From: Candidatus Altimarinota bacterium
Lineage (GTDB): Bacteria > Patescibacteriota > Gracilibacteria > UBA1369
NCBI GenBank assembly: GCA_963677745.1
Contig: OY782391.1
Coordinates: forward strand, 476,482 to 540,481
Direction of reading: 5' to 3'
Length of the DNA: 64,000 nucleotides
Of this stretch, positions 9,121-19,623 are shown piece after piece. Each line of letters opens with the position of its first letter. Position 1 is the stretch's first letter. The notes under the pieces were generated by a model, which saw only the letters and a list, made by a program, of their open reading frames with translations, was not told the DNA's origin and searched no databases. The position numbers and the translations under genes were made by a program.

Positions 9121-10095
9121 ATGCATCAAATTCAAGAAGAAATTGGCATTCCCAAAATCAAGGTGGAAAAAATTAGCGATTCACACGCTATTTTCACCGT
9201 CAGCCCTTTGCCACAGGGCTACGGTATCACCATTGGAAATGCTTTCAGAAGAGTACTTTTATCTTCACTTCCGGGCGCTTGTATCACCGGTGTGAAAATT
9301 GACGGGGTAACCCACGAATATTCCACCATCAAAGGAGTCAAAGACGGCATTTTGGATATTACACTGAATCTGAAATCGATTCGCCTGAGAAAGAGCTCCC
9401 CCGAAGTCAGCGTACTAACGCTTTCGGCCAACAAAGAAGGAGAGATTTATGCCAAAGACATCAAATGTTCATCCGATGTGGAAATTCTGACCCCTGACCA
9501 GTACATCACTACTCTGGAAAAAGGCGCCAAACTACACATGGAAATCAAAGCGGAAAAAGGTGTTGGCTATATCCCCGTCTCGGTTAAACAGAAAAACGAT
9601 TACGATCCGGAAATCATCCTGATCGATTCGATTTTCACTCCGGTCAAAAAAGTCCGTTATGACGTTGAGGCTGTTCGTGTCGGCCAAATGACCAACCTGG
9701 ACAAACTGATTCTGGAAATCGAAACCGACGGATCCATCACTCCCGATGACGCCCTAAAATTCAGCTCCAATATCCTGCAATCCTACTTCAACCTGTTTAA
9801 TAAGGAAAACATCATGGTTGAGGCGGAATACATGAGTGACTTCCAGAAGATTTCCCAGAAACAGGAGCTGGAAGAGAAAAACAAGCCGGTTCAGGAAGCC
9901 TATACTCCGATTGAAATTCTCGGTTTCTCACCCCGAACCCTCAACGCACTGATCAACGGGGGCATCGGCTCAATCGAACAACTTTCCAAATGCACCGAAA
10001 GCAAACTGACCAACTTGCGTGGTTTCGGCCGAAAAGCATTAACTGAGGTCAAAGACGCCCTCAAGAGCCGGGGTCTGAATCTGGCCGAAGAATAA
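9121..10095 (+). CDS. rpoA: DNA-directed RNA polymerase subunit alpha
   Basis: 324 aa. Contains an N-terminal assembly domain (PLPQGYGITIGNAFRRVLLSS.PG) and a C-terminal helix-hairpin-helix domain (SPRTLNAL...GI.SI..L). Confidence 0.93.
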   Translation: MHQIQEEIGIPKIKVEKISDSHAIFTVSPLPQGYGITIGNAFRRVLLSSLPGACITGVKIDGVTHEYSTIKGVKDGILDITLNLKSIRLRKSSPEVSVLTLSANKEGEIYAKDIKCSSDVEILTPDQYITTLEKGAKLHMEIKAEKGVGYIPVSVKQKNDYDPEIILIDSIFTPVKKVRYDVEAVRVGQMTNLDKLILEIETDGSITPDDALKFSSNILQSYFNLFNKENIMVEAEYMSDFQKISQKQELEEKNKPVQEAYTPIEILGFSPRTLNALINGGIGSIEQLSKCTESKLTNLRGFGRKALTEVKDALKSRGLNLAEE

Positions 10096-10135
10096 AACAT
10101 TGTAATCAATAAAGAACAAGTAACATCCTATTATC

Positions 10136-10489
10136 ATGAGACACCAGGTAAAAAAAACACGCCTTGCCCGTCCTATCGGTCCCCGGAAAGCGTTGATCGG
10201 CAATTTAGCCACTTCACTCGTTTTACACGGCAAAATCCAGACGACCAAAGCCAGAGCTAAAGCCATTCAGCCGATTATGGAGAAACTGATTTTGGCCGCC
10301 AAAAACAAGGACAAAAAAGCCGCCATCCGCGAGACCGGCGCCATCCTGCAAAATGAACTCAGTTCAAAAATTCTGTTTGAGGAACTGGTCAAAAAATATC
10401 AAACCCGCGCCACCGGATTCACCAAAATCACCGATATCGGTTTCCGCGCCGGTGATTCGGCTCCGTTGGTACAAATCGAATTATTATAA
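10136..10489 (+). CDS. rplQ: 50S ribosomal protein L17 (bL17)
   Basis: 117 aa. MRHQVKK..L.R....RKAL..NL..SL..HG.I.TT..RAK is typical of bL17. It follows rpoA. Confidence 0.9.
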   Translation: MRHQVKKTRLARPIGPRKALIGNLATSLVLHGKIQTTKARAKAIQPIMEKLILAAKNKDKKAAIRETGAILQNELSSKILFEELVKKYQTRATGFTKITDIGFRAGDSAPLVQIELL

Positions 10490-10507
10490 TCACTCATTAC
10501 TACCGCA

Positions 10508-10966
10508 ATGAAAACCGCAGAGAAAAAGAAAGCAATTTTTAAGACTTATTCTCCCAAAAAGACCGACATCAAGCCACAGTGGTTGTTGGTCGACATCAAG
10601 GGAAAAACACTCGGCCGCATCACCAACAAGATCGCTGATCTTCTTAGAGGGAAAGGTAAAACGACTTTTTCCCAGCACCAGGACTGCGGTGATTTTGTGG
10701 TCGTTATCAATGCCGCCGAAGTCAAACTGACCGGCAAAAAAGACCTTCAGAAAGAATATAACTGGCATACCCGCTATCCCAACGGACTCAAAACCGTAAC
10801 CGCAGAGGTACTCCGCCAGAGCAATCCCGCCAAAATCATCGAACATGCCGTAGCCGGAATGCTCCCGCACAACAAGAACAAGAAGCTGATGATGAAAAGA
10901 CTGAAAGTGTTCGCCGGTGCCGAGCATGATCATACAGCTCAGAATCCCCAACCAATAAAACTATAA
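10508..10966 (+). CDS. rplM: 50S ribosomal protein L13 (uL13)
   Basis: 152 aa. Contains WLLVD..GK.LGR....IA..LRGK and GDFVVVINA, both typical of uL13. Confidence 0.92.
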   Translation: MKTAEKKKAIFKTYSPKKTDIKPQWLLVDIKGKTLGRITNKIADLLRGKGKTTFSQHQDCGDFVVVINAAEVKLTGKKDLQKEYNWHTRYPNGLKTVTAEVLRQSNPAKIIEHAVAGMLPHNKNKKLMMKRLKVFAGAEHDHTAQNPQPIKL

Positions 10967-10988
10967 TTTCCATAAATCCCAAATTCAC

Positions 10989-11438
10989 ATGCCAGTAAAA
11001 GAAACAGCTCCCGCCGCCCCCAAAACAATTAAGAAAGCCTCATCCGTACAGCAGTATTATTATGGTACGGGAAAAAGGAAAACAGCCGTTGCCCGGGTCA
11101 GACTTTATAAAAACGGCAAGGGCGACCTGACCATCAACGGTGATGACGGGGCCAAACATTTCACTTTAAAAAAACTCTTTTCCGTCCTGAACGCTCCGCT
11201 CAGAATCACCTCCCTGACCAAAAAATTCGACATCAGTGTCAAAGTTGACGGCGGAGGAATGGTTTCACAGGCGGAAGCAATAAGACACGCTATTGCCCGC
11301 GCCCTGCTCGAATACGATGTGGCACTCAGACTGACCCTCAAAAAAGCCGGTTTTCTGACCCGCGATCCCAGGGTCAAAGAAAGAAAGAAACCGGGTCTCA
11401 AAAAAGCCCGCCGAGCTCCGCAGTTCAGCAAACGCTAA
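10989..11438 (+). CDS. rpsI: 30S ribosomal protein S9 (uS9)
   Basis: 149 aa. Contains GTGKRK.AVARV and the C-terminal D.R.KERKK.G.KKARR.PQFSKR, both typical of uS9. Confidence 0.92.
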   Translation: MPVKETAPAAPKTIKKASSVQQYYYGTGKRKTAVARVRLYKNGKGDLTINGDDGAKHFTLKKLFSVLNAPLRITSLTKKFDISVKVDGGGMVSQAEAIRHAIARALLEYDVALRLTLKKAGFLTRDPRVKERKKPGLKKARRAPQFSKR

Positions 11439-11462
11439 ATCTCACCATTTATTCATCAGAAA

Positions 11463-11487
11463 ACACCCGCCCAGGCGGGTGTTTTTT
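11463..11487 (+). terminator. Rho-independent terminator after rpsI
   Basis: ACACCCGC/GCGGGTGT forms an 8-bp stem (11463-11470 with 11475-11482) with a 4-nt loop. TTTTT follows at 11483-11487. Confidence 0.7.
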
Positions 11488-11541
11488 ATTTCAACAAAAG
11501 CCTGTATTGCTGTATAACATATATGAAAAACTTCCAACCAT

Positions 11542-12228
11542 ATGAAAGCAATACGCTTTGATCTTATTACCATTTTCCCCCAGATTTTTGAATCATATTT
11601 CCGCGAAGGAATGATTCGCAAAGGTTTGGAGCAGAAAATTCTGGAAATTCATGTCCATAATCTGCGCGACTATACAAATGACAAATGGGGAAAGGTGGAT
11701 GACATCCCCTACGGCGGAGGGGCCGGCATGGTTATGACTCCCCAACCGCTTTATGACGCGGTCACGGCCCTCCGCCGTAAAAATTGCGGCCCGGTGGTGT
11801 ATCTGAGCCCGAAAGGAGATACTTTGACCCATACCCGTGCCGTTAAAATCGCCGGAGAGCTGGTTGAAATGAAACCGGGCCGTGGCAAAAAGGCGGGAAT
11901 GATACTTATTTGCGGACGCTATGAGGGCATAGACCAGCGTGTCCTGGATCTGTGCGTGGACCGGGAAATATCCATCGGTAAATATGTGCTGACCGGAGGA
12001 GAACTGCCGGCCATGGTACTGATCGACGCCGTTTCCAGATTTATCCCGGGCATCCTGGGGGACGAAAACTCCCACCTGGAAGATACATTCTCACGAAAAC
12101 TGGGCGGCAAAAAAGAATACCCGCATTATACAAAACCCCGCCTCTTCAAGGGACTGTCCGTCCCCGATATACTTCTGAGCGGCCACCACGCCAATATAGA
12201 AAAATGGCGCCGCAATCAATTAACCTAA
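11542..12228 (+). CDS. trmD: tRNA (guanine37-N1)-methyltransferase
   Basis: 228 aa. The N-terminus (F.LITIFP.IFESYF..GMI.K) and the SPOUT knot region (ICGRYEGIDQRV, LTGGELPAMVLIDAV.R..PG.LG) are typical of TrmD. Confidence 0.9.
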   Translation: MKAIRFDLITIFPQIFESYFREGMIRKGLEQKILEIHVHNLRDYTNDKWGKVDDIPYGGGAGMVMTPQPLYDAVTALRRKNCGPVVYLSPKGDTLTHTRAVKIAGELVEMKPGRGKKAGMILICGRYEGIDQRVLDLCVDREISIGKYVLTGGELPAMVLIDAVSRFIPGILGDENSHLEDTFSRKLGGKKEYPHYTKPRLFKGLSVPDILLSGHHANIEKWRRNQLT

Positions 12229-12239
12229 TCGCATAGAGC

Positions 12240-15080
12240 ATGAAAGAGCAACACCATTACGCTTATCAAAACATTTTTGAGACCTTTGACAGCAGTGAGC
12301 ACGGACTGGACTCCAACGAAGCCGATTTCCGGCAGAAAAAATACGGACCGAATCAGCTCACCGAAAAGAAAAAGAAACTCCTGATTTTGCGTTTTCTGGA
12401 AGAATACAAAGACCCCATGACCCTGCTGCTTCTTTGTGCCACGGTCGTTGCTTTTTTTTCGGGTGACAATACCGATGCCATCCTGATATTGATAGTGCTC
12501 ATACTTAACGGAGCTATCAGTTTTATTCAAAAATACAGGGCTGAAAAAGCCATCGAAGCCCTCAAGAAAATGGTTTCCCCACAAGCCAGGGTTTTTCGTA
12601 ATCGACAGCAGATACTTATTAATACGTCGGAAATCGTCCCGGGGGACGTAATTATAGTCAATGAAGGAGACAGTGTCCCGGCAGACGCCATTGTCTTTGC
12701 TTCCAATGAACTGCAGTGTTCGGAGGCAGTCCTCACCGGAGAATCTTTTCCGGTTACAAAAACTCCTTTTGATACGGTAGAAAAAGGCAATCTGACCACG
12801 GTTGAAAATATAATTTTCACCGGTACGACCATCGTTCGTGGCAACGGCAAAGCGCTGGTTATCAAAACGGGAATGGAAACCGAATTCGGGAAAATTGCCA
12901 ATTTAACACAGGAAACCGAGAAGGATGAAACCCCTCTGGAAAAAGAAATCCACAAGATTGGAATATTTGCCGCCCAGACCACCCTGATCATTATTTCTCT
13001 GATTTTCATCTTTGAACTGCTGGTTCATCAAAGAAGCATTCTCGACAATATTGTTTTTGCAACATCCATAGCCGTGGCAGCCGTACCGGAAGGGTTGCCG
13101 GCAGTCATCACTATTGCCCTGGCCTTGGGGGTACAGCGGCTATCCAGGAAAAAAGCCGTCATCAGACAGCTTTCCTCGGTGGAAACATTGGGAGCCACCA
13201 CAGTGATTTGTACGGATAAGACCGGAACGCTCACTAAAAACGAAATGACCGTAACGGAAGCTTTAATTGATGATTTTTACTTAACTTTCCAGGGTACGGG
13301 ATATGCTCCAAGCGGGAAATTCACGGTTTTCACCTCCAAGGAAGAAAAACTTGAGCTTGATCACAGCAAATTGACACCGGAATTCACCAGACAACATCTG
13401 ACCCTCACCAGTTCCCTGAAATGGTTCAGCCTCTGCGCCGAACTATGCAACAATTCCGACCTGGTTTTCAAAAATAATACCTACACAATTATTGGGGATC
13501 CAACCGAGGGCGGGTTGCTGGCTATGGCCAAAAAACTTTCCTCAAACCTGGATTCCGAGTTGAAAGAAAACCTGGAATTGCTGATGGAACTGCCTTTTGA
13601 TTCGGAAAGAAAAATGATGACCAAGATTTTTTTGGATAAAAAACACAATAAATATTTTTCTTTTACAAAAGGAGCTCCCGAACAAATCATCCAGGCGTCG
13701 GATCAGAGAATGCACGGTGGAAGAATGGCCATCCTGACCAAGAGCATCAAAGAAGAATTACTCCAGACCAACGACAAACTCAGCGATGAAGCGCTGCGTA
13801 CCATCGGATTGGCCTACAAAGAAATTTCCCCCTACGAAATAAACGACATTATCACCCAAAAATCCTTTGAGGAAAAACAACACCTGGTGGAAAGGAAGTT
13901 AACCTTCCTGGGTTTGGCCGGGCTGTCCGACCCGCCGCGCGAAGAAGTCAAAGAAGCAGTGGAAATGACCAAGATTGCCGGCATCAAAAGCTATATCATC
14001 ACCGGCGATAATGGCTTCACCACTGCGGCTATCGCCAAAAAAATCGGTATGATTTCGGAAAAACAGCATTATGAAATCATTACCGGCGAACAGCTGGACA
14101 AGCTTTCAGACCAGGAATTAAAAGAAAAATTTAAGAACAAGTCGCTCAACATTGTTTTCTCCCGAACCCGCCCCGAACATAAACTGCGGCTGGTTTCCCT
14201 GCTCAAAGAAAACGGCGAGGTAGTGGCGGTCACCGGCGACGGCGTAAATGACGCACCCGCCTTGAAAAGGGCGGATATCGGCGTGGCAATGGGGATAACC
14301 GGATCGGACGTCTCCAAACAAGCCTCCAACATGGTTCTAATGGATGACAGTTTCGGCACAATCGTCACTGCGATCAATGAAGGAAGAGTAATTTATGCCA
14401 ATCTTAAAAAGTTCATTTATTATATTTTTTCCTCCAATATCGGTGAGGTATTCACCATCTTTTTCAGTCTGATTATCGGTCTGGCAGCCCCTATTTCAGC
14501 CATCCTGATCCTGACTGTAAATCTTGTCACGGATCTCCTGCCGGCCCTGGCCCTGGGCGTGGAACCGGCGGAAAAAGACATTATGAAACAACCTCCCAGA
14601 AACCCGCATGACAAGATCATGAACCGCAGTTTCATTAAAAGAATTTTGATCACCGGATCGCTGATTGGAACAATCATTCTGGCACTTTATGCCTACCGGC
14701 TGTTTCTCGGCGGATGGACCTATGGCAGCCCGGTTCCCGATCAACTGCTGGAGGAAGCTTACAGCGTTACCTTCATTGCCATGGTAACGTTGCAGGTCAC
14801 CAATTCATTCAATGCCAAAACCAAAAACACCTCTATTTTCCGGATTAATCCGTTCAACAACTGGAAACTGATCTGGGCCAATCTTTCCTCCGTCCTGATA
14901 GCAGTGGCAATTATCGAAATACCCTTTCTACAGACCATTTTTCACACCCGTTCATTAAGTTTGAATGAATGGCTGCTCATTTTGGCCGGATGCGCGGCTC
15001 TCACGGTCATCACCGAAATTATCAAATTATTCAGCAGAAAAGATCTATCACCCCTGCAACCCGATGCTTCAAAAACTTAA
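12240..15080 (+). CDS. Cation-transporting P-type ATPase (type II, Ca2+/Mg2+-like)
   Basis: 946 aa. Contains the phosphorylation motif CTDKTGTLT, TGES, the hinge TGDGVNDAPALK.ADIGVAMG, and about 10 predicted TM segments. Confidence 0.88.
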   Translation: MKEQHHYAYQNIFETFDSSEHGLDSNEADFRQKKYGPNQLTEKKKKLLILRFLEEYKDPMTLLLLCATVVAFFSGDNTDAILILIVLILNGAISFIQKYRAEKAIEALKKMVSPQARVFRNRQQILINTSEIVPGDVIIVNEGDSVPADAIVFASNELQCSEAVLTGESFPVTKTPFDTVEKGNLTTVENIIFTGTTIVRGNGKALVIKTGMETEFGKIANLTQETEKDETPLEKEIHKIGIFAAQTTLIIISLIFIFELLVHQRSILDNIVFATSIAVAAVPEGLPAVITIALALGVQRLSRKKAVIRQLSSVETLGATTVICTDKTGTLTKNEMTVTEALIDDFYLTFQGTGYAPSGKFTVFTSKEEKLELDHSKLTPEFTRQHLTLTSSLKWFSLCAELCNNSDLVFKNNTYTIIGDPTEGGLLAMAKKLSSNLDSELKENLELLMELPFDSERKMMTKIFLDKKHNKYFSFTKGAPEQIIQASDQRMHGGRMAILTKSIKEELLQTNDKLSDEALRTIGLAYKEISPYEINDIITQKSFEEKQHLVERKLTFLGLAGLSDPPREEVKEAVEMTKIAGIKSYIITGDNGFTTAAIAKKIGMISEKQHYEIITGEQLDKLSDQELKEKFKNKSLNIVFSRTRPEHKLRLVSLLKENGEVVAVTGDGVNDAPALKRADIGVAMGITGSDVSKQASNMVLMDDSFGTIVTAINEGRVIYANLKKFIYYIFSSNIGEVFTIFFSLIIGLAAPISAILILTVNLVTDLLPALALGVEPAEKDIMKQPPRNPHDKIMNRSFIKRILITGSLIGTIILALYAYRLFLGGWTYGSPVPDQLLEEAYSVTFIAMVTLQVTNSFNAKTKNTSIFRINPFNNWKLIWANLSSVLIAVAIIEIPFLQTIFHTRSLSLNEWLLILAGCAALTVITEIIKLFSRKDLSPLQPDASKT

Positions 15081-15354
15081 AACCCTGCTGGCAACACGTG
15101 GCCGGTTCAGGCTGTCTGTCCATGTAACCCCCAAAAGCCGGCAAAATCAGCTTGGCCAGGTGGAAATCAGCTCGGATCATCAAATCAGTGTTAAAGTGAA
15201 AATTACCGGAGTGCCCGAAAAAGGACAGGTCAATGAAAATCTGCTCCGCTTTCTGTCCAAAAACCTTGATCTGCCCCAATCTTCGTTAAAGATCATTTCC
15301 GGTTTCACCAGCCGTCACAAAATCATAGAAATCTCCACCAATGCTCTACTATAA
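15064..15354 (+). CDS. DUF167 (YggU-like) small protein
   Basis: About 96 aa from the ATG at 15064, overlapping the ATPase stop by 17 nt. The pattern (VHV.PKS..N.L........ISVKV...PEKG.VNE.L..FLSK.L......L.I.SG.TSR.K.IEI) resembles the DUF167 family. Confidence 0.6.
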   Translation: MLQKLKTLLATRGRFRLSVHVTPKSRQNQLGQVEISSDHQISVKVKITGVPEKGQVNENLLRFLSKNLDLPQSSLKIISGFTSRHKIIEISTNALL

Positions 15355-16168
15355 CCTGGGAGAATTACAGGATCTGCTCCGGAAAACCGGACTTTACACC
15401 GAGAAAAAACTGGGACAGAATTTCCTGTTCAATCCGCAGGTAATACAAAAAATCATCCAAACGGCGGATCTGCAGGCGGACGATCAGGTGATAGAAATCG
15501 GACCGGGACTGGGCATCCTGACCATGGAAATACTGCCCAAAGTCAAAAAGCTCATTTCCGTGGAAAAAGATCAAAAACTGATTCCCTACCTGCAGGATTT
15601 ATTTCATAAATATCCGGATTTCCTGCTGGTCCAACAGGACGTTCTTGACTACCCGCCTCCCGCGGGACCCTACAAAATCGTCGCCAACATACCTTATTAC
15701 ATCACCTCGCCGATTATTAACCACTTTCTGCAGGTCGACCAGTCCCGCCGCCCTGACAGTCTGACTATACTCACCCAGCTGGAAGTGGCTCAGAAAATCT
15801 GTTCCAAACCCGGCGATCATTCCGTGTTAAGTCTGCAAACACAGCTCTACACCGAGCCAAAAATCATTGACCGGATCAGCCCCTACAATTTTTATCCCAC
15901 TCCCAAAGTCCAGTCAGCCATTCTGCACCTAAAGACACTGCCGCGGCCGCGCCTGCAGCGCGACCGCGAATTTCTGGAAATAATCAAAAAAGCCTTCAGT
16001 CAAAAACGGAAAAATCTTTCCAACGCCCTCCAGGGATTCCATAATCTAAGCAAAGAAGACCTAAGCCTGCTACTGCAAAAAGCCGGACTGGAGCCGGGTG
16101 CCCGTGCGCAGCAACTGGACTTCCAGGATTGGGACAGGCTGCTCGATCTGATTTTTGGCAGAGTCTGA
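15341..16168 (+). CDS. rsmA: 16S rRNA (adenine1518/1519-N6)-dimethyltransferase
   Basis: 275 aa. Contains KKLGQNFL, the SAM motif VIEIGPGLG.LT, and NIPYYITSPI. Confidence 0.88.
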   Translation: MLYYNLGELQDLLRKTGLYTEKKLGQNFLFNPQVIQKIIQTADLQADDQVIEIGPGLGILTMEILPKVKKLISVEKDQKLIPYLQDLFHKYPDFLLVQQDVLDYPPPAGPYKIVANIPYYITSPIINHFLQVDQSRRPDSLTILTQLEVAQKICSKPGDHSVLSLQTQLYTEPKIIDRISPYNFYPTPKVQSAILHLKTLPRPRLQRDREFLEIIKKAFSQKRKNLSNALQGFHNLSKEDLSLLLQKAGLEPGARAQQLDFQDWDRLLDLIFGRV

Positions 16169-16174
16169 TCCTCC

Positions 16175-19100
16175 CTAAAACTGGGATAACTGAATGGATT
16201 TTTTCAGACTGGCCAACTCCTGCAAATCTTCACTTCGCTCCGATTCGGAAAGACCGGACATCTTGTTAACAACCGACTTCAGATCCGTCCTGACCTGGTT
16301 TTTATATTTTTCCAGCTGAGCCTGTTCCCGGTCAAAAAGCTCTTTCACCTGATCAACATCCTGACAAAGGTTCCCCTGCTGTAATTTCTCGGCAAGCCCG
16401 ATTCTTCTCCACAAAGCCCCTTCCAGGGACTGCTCCAGATCAACGCCGTATAAAAACTTGCCGTGTTGCTGTTCCAATTCCTTTATTTCAGCCTCACGGA
16501 AATAATATTCATATTTGGATCTCCAGATAAAAAAGTTTTTCAACACCTCCAGGGAAGACTGCCAGGCCAAGTCACGGTCTTCAAACAAAGTACGGACAAT
16601 CTTCTTCCCTTCCATTCGCATTCCGACATATACGAATAAATTCACCTGCCCGTCCTTTTTAAACAAACTGGCACCCACCTCTTTCCGCGACAACAGATCG
16701 GGCAAATAATGCCAGATTTCTTCAAACTTGATATTGCGGACCTCTTCCTCCCGCCTTAACTTCTTTAAATTCTTGCGTAAATGCCACCTGTCCACCTCTG
16801 TCTTAATCTCTTCCAGGCTTTTCCCTTCAGCCATACTGATGGTCCCCGGCCCGGAATTTACCACAAAATACGGATCAAGTTTTTCATATGATTTCAGATT
16901 GGCAGCGACCACCTGATCGTCCAGCCCCAACAAATCTTCAACCGACAGAACCACCACCGGCCCGCTGGGAAAACGATGATCGTCATAATGATAATCCACT
17001 TTATACTTTTTACCGGCCAGATAGATTTCCTCGGGAAACAATTTCCGGATTTTTTCGCGATCCCCGGCTGAAACGACTTCTTCCCAATTGATTTTCAAAT
17101 AATCCCGCCCCCGTTCCGACAACAGATTATCCAGAGCCTCCAGGGAAGTGACCGGCCGGCCGGCTTTATTGATTTTTTCCCAATACCAATCGCCTAAAAC
17201 CTTGGTGGTAAAAACCCATTCTTCCCGCGACAGCTTGGCGGCGTATACTTTAAGTTTGGCGATTGTCCGGTCGTTTTCTTCAATCCAGCTGTATTTCCAG
17301 GCCAGCTGTTTCTTAACCAGTCCCTCCGCTATCAGATAATCCTGGGCCTGCTCCTTATTTTCCTGGGCCAGCTCAACTATACGATCTTTGACTATCCGGT
17401 TCCCCCGAAACAGCACCTCTTCCTCCTGTACCGCCTTGCCGGTTTTTCTGTCAAACCAGACCGGTCCCCTCCTGTATTTACAAAGTTGCGGGGCTATTTC
17501 TTCCAGCCAGCGCGGATCAATGACTGTATTGTTACGGGCAAACAAACGGGTTGTTTCGACAATTTCCGCCGACACGAAATAATGCGGTGAAATCGTAAAC
17601 AAAGCCGATCCCGGGTGAATAAAAACATTTTCGGTGCTGCGCATCCGATAGGTCTGTTTGCCTGTGGATTCGCAAAGATTTTGAATAAAACCGGAAGAAA
17701 TTGATTTTAGAATCCCCTCTTTATTGGAAAGATCGACCGACAAATCGGACTGTTCAGGTTTGACCAGATAGCGGGAAAATTCGTCCTTGGCAAAAATATT
17801 CAGGGTGTCCAGCAACTGCCGGTAAATCTGGGCAATTTCCTTGAATACCAGATAATTCAGATAATTGGACTGGCAAAACAATTCACGTTCCTCTTCAGTC
17901 TTGATGATTTGCAGGCGGTTCCAGATCACCAGAAAAACCATTAAATCCGAAACCATCTCCAAACCGGTAAAAGACCTGTCAATCACCCTTTTGGTAAAGA
18001 CCCTCCTCCCCCGGCGCAAACGAAGTGTCTTGTATCTGGGCCCGCCGTTTTGTGCCATCCTCTGGAAATTCCTCTTGGCCCGGTCAGCCTCATCCTCCTC
18101 GCCAATCGGCCGCAAGAAAGGATCTTTCACGGAAAGTGATGAAGCAATGATGGCAACTTCATTTACGCAATGATATCGCTCGGCTGCCAGTAACATTGCT
18201 GAAATCCTCGGTTCCAACGGGAGATGGGCCATCTTCACGCCCAGTTCGGTCAGATTCTGCCGCTCATCCAAAGCCCCCAGTTCGATCAGATTGGCAATGG
18301 CATTGCGGAAAGCTTTGGGCTCGGGAGCATCGATAAAACTGAAACCCGTCAGATCATTTATTCCAATCAACAGCATATGCAAAACCACCGAAGACAGATC
18401 CGACCTCTGTATTTCCGGCTTGGTATATTTTTCCCTGTTTTCAAAATCCCTCTTGGAATACAAACGCAGACAAGTCCCTGCCTGAACGCGGCCGGCTCTG
18501 CCGGCCCGCTGAATAGCCGAGGCTTGGGAGATCGGCACAACCTCCAGACTGCCGATGCCCGTCCGAAAATTAAAATCGGTCATCCTGGCCAGACCGCAGT
18601 CAATTACGTATTTTATTTTGGGCACCGTCAGGGATGTCTCCGCGATATTGGTGGCCACCACGATCTTCATTTTTCCGGGATACTCATTATAGATCAGTTC
18701 CTGCTCGTCCATGGAAAGCCGGGAATAAAGAGGCAGACAAATTACATTGCCTTTCCCCAGTAATTCAATTTCCCGGATAGTATGAAAAATCTCCGCTTCA
18801 CCGGGCAAAAAAGCCAGCACATCCCCGCGCTCCGGTCCCTCGGCAATTTTCCGGATCAACTGGGCAATTTTTATATATACATCATCATCAAACTTGACCG
18901 GTTCATAAATTACGTCAACCGGATAGAGACGTCCCGACACGTTGACTATGGGAATGGGCCGGGGATTGCCCATTTTATCCGAATTCAAACCGGCAAAAAA
19001 ACCGGCAAACTTGGAAGCATCAAAAGTGGCCGACGTCACCAGAATCTTCAATTCCGGCAAACCACCTGCCTTCCTCTTAATCTGAATATCGTTCAGTAAT

Positions 19101-19552
19101 CCGATCAGAAAATCTATGTTTAAATTACGCTCATGAGCCTCGTCCACCAGAATGGCATCGTATCGGGCCAGCAAACCATCACCTTTCATCTCCTGCAGCA
19201 AAATACCATCCGTACAAATTCGGATCAGGGTGCCGGCGGTCGTTTCATCATCAAAACGTATTTTATAACCAACTTCTTTTCCCAGTTCCACCTCCATTTC
19301 ATGGGCAATCCACGAAGCTATCGATACCGCCGCCAACCTCCGGGGCTGGGTGCAGGCAATTTTAAACTGTCCCAGGGTCGGATCTGTTTTTGCCACATTG
19401 GACAATGCCTCCAGTATCATTTTGGGGATCTGGGTAGACTTTCCTGAACCTGTTTCACCTACCACAATCACTACCTGATTTTCCTCGATCGCCTTTACAA
19501 TCTCCCCCCTGTGTGCCGTAATAGGCAGAATCTCCGGATAATTTAAACGCAT
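16175..19552 (-). CDS. hrpA: ATP-dependent DEAH-box RNA helicase, HrpA-like
   Basis: About 1125 aa. Contains GETGSGKSTQIPK (Walker A), DEAHER, SATFD, TNIAETS and QRAGRAGR. The track starts at a TTG at 19555; the adjacent ATG at 19552 is more likely. Confidence 0.85.
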   Translation of the reverse strand: MRLNYPEILPITAHRGEIVKAIEENQVVIVVGETGSGKSTQIPKMILEALSNVAKTDPTLGQFKIACTQPRRLAAVSIASWIAHEMEVELGKEVGYKIRFDDETTAGTLIRICTDGILLQEMKGDGLLARYDAILVDEAHERNLNIDFLIGLLNDIQIKRKAGGLPELKILVTSATFDASKFAGFFAGLNSDKMGNPRPIPIVNVSGRLYPVDVIYEPVKFDDDVYIKIAQLIRKIAEGPERGDVLAFLPGEAEIFHTIREIELLGKGNVICLPLYSRLSMDEQELIYNEYPGKMKIVVATNIAETSLTVPKIKYVIDCGLARMTDFNFRTGIGSLEVVPISQASAIQRAGRAGRVQAGTCLRLYSKRDFENREKYTKPEIQRSDLSSVVLHMLLIGINDLTGFSFIDAPEPKAFRNAIANLIELGALDERQNLTELGVKMAHLPLEPRISAMLLAAERYHCVNEVAIIASSLSVKDPFLRPIGEEDEADRAKRNFQRMAQNGGPRYKTLRLRRGRRVFTKRVIDRSFTGLEMVSDLMVFLVIWNRLQIIKTEEERELFCQSNYLNYLVFKEIAQIYRQLLDTLNIFAKDEFSRYLVKPEQSDLSVDLSNKEGILKSISSGFIQNLCESTGKQTYRMRSTENVFIHPGSALFTISPHYFVSAEIVETTRLFARNNTVIDPRWLEEIAPQLCKYRRGPVWFDRKTGKAVQEEEVLFRGNRIVKDRIVELAQENKEQAQDYLIAEGLVKKQLAWKYSWIEENDRTIAKLKVYAAKLSREEWVFTTKVLGDWYWEKINKAGRPVTSLEALDNLLSERGRDYLKINWEEVVSAGDREKIRKLFPEEIYLAGKKYKVDYHYDDHRFPSGPVVVLSVEDLLGLDDQVVAANLKSYEKLDPYFVVNSGPGTISMAEGKSLEEIKTEVDRWHLRKNLKKLRREEEVRNIKFEEIWHYLPDLLSRKEVGASLFKKDGQVNLFVYVGMRMEGKKIVRTLFEDRDLAWQSSLEVLKNFFIWRSKYEYYFREAEIKELEQQHGKFLYGVDLEQSLEGALWRRIGLAEKLQQGNLCQDVDQVKELFDREQAQLEKYKNQVRTDLKSVVNKMSGLSESERSEDLQELASLKKSIQLSQF

Positions 19553-19623
19553 CAATTTGTCTTATCAACTAAAAGTATTTTATATTAGTAGAAACAAATT
19601 CACCAGAAATAAGAAAACATCCC

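Noticed and set aside
655-11431. Numerous 60-210-aa ORFs antisense to or overlapping the ribosomal protein genes. Examples are 655-1080, 1635-2039, 2264-2767, 3011-3649 and 10490-10951.
   Set aside because: They overlap unmistakable, conserved ribosomal protein genes, and their translations resemble no known family. They are by-products of codon bias.
14965-15063. The long form (129 aa) of the DUF167 ORF, starting inside the P-type ATPase gene.
   Set aside because: The first 33 codons overlap the ATPase C-terminal TM region in another frame. The DUF167-like sequence begins at the ATG at 15064.
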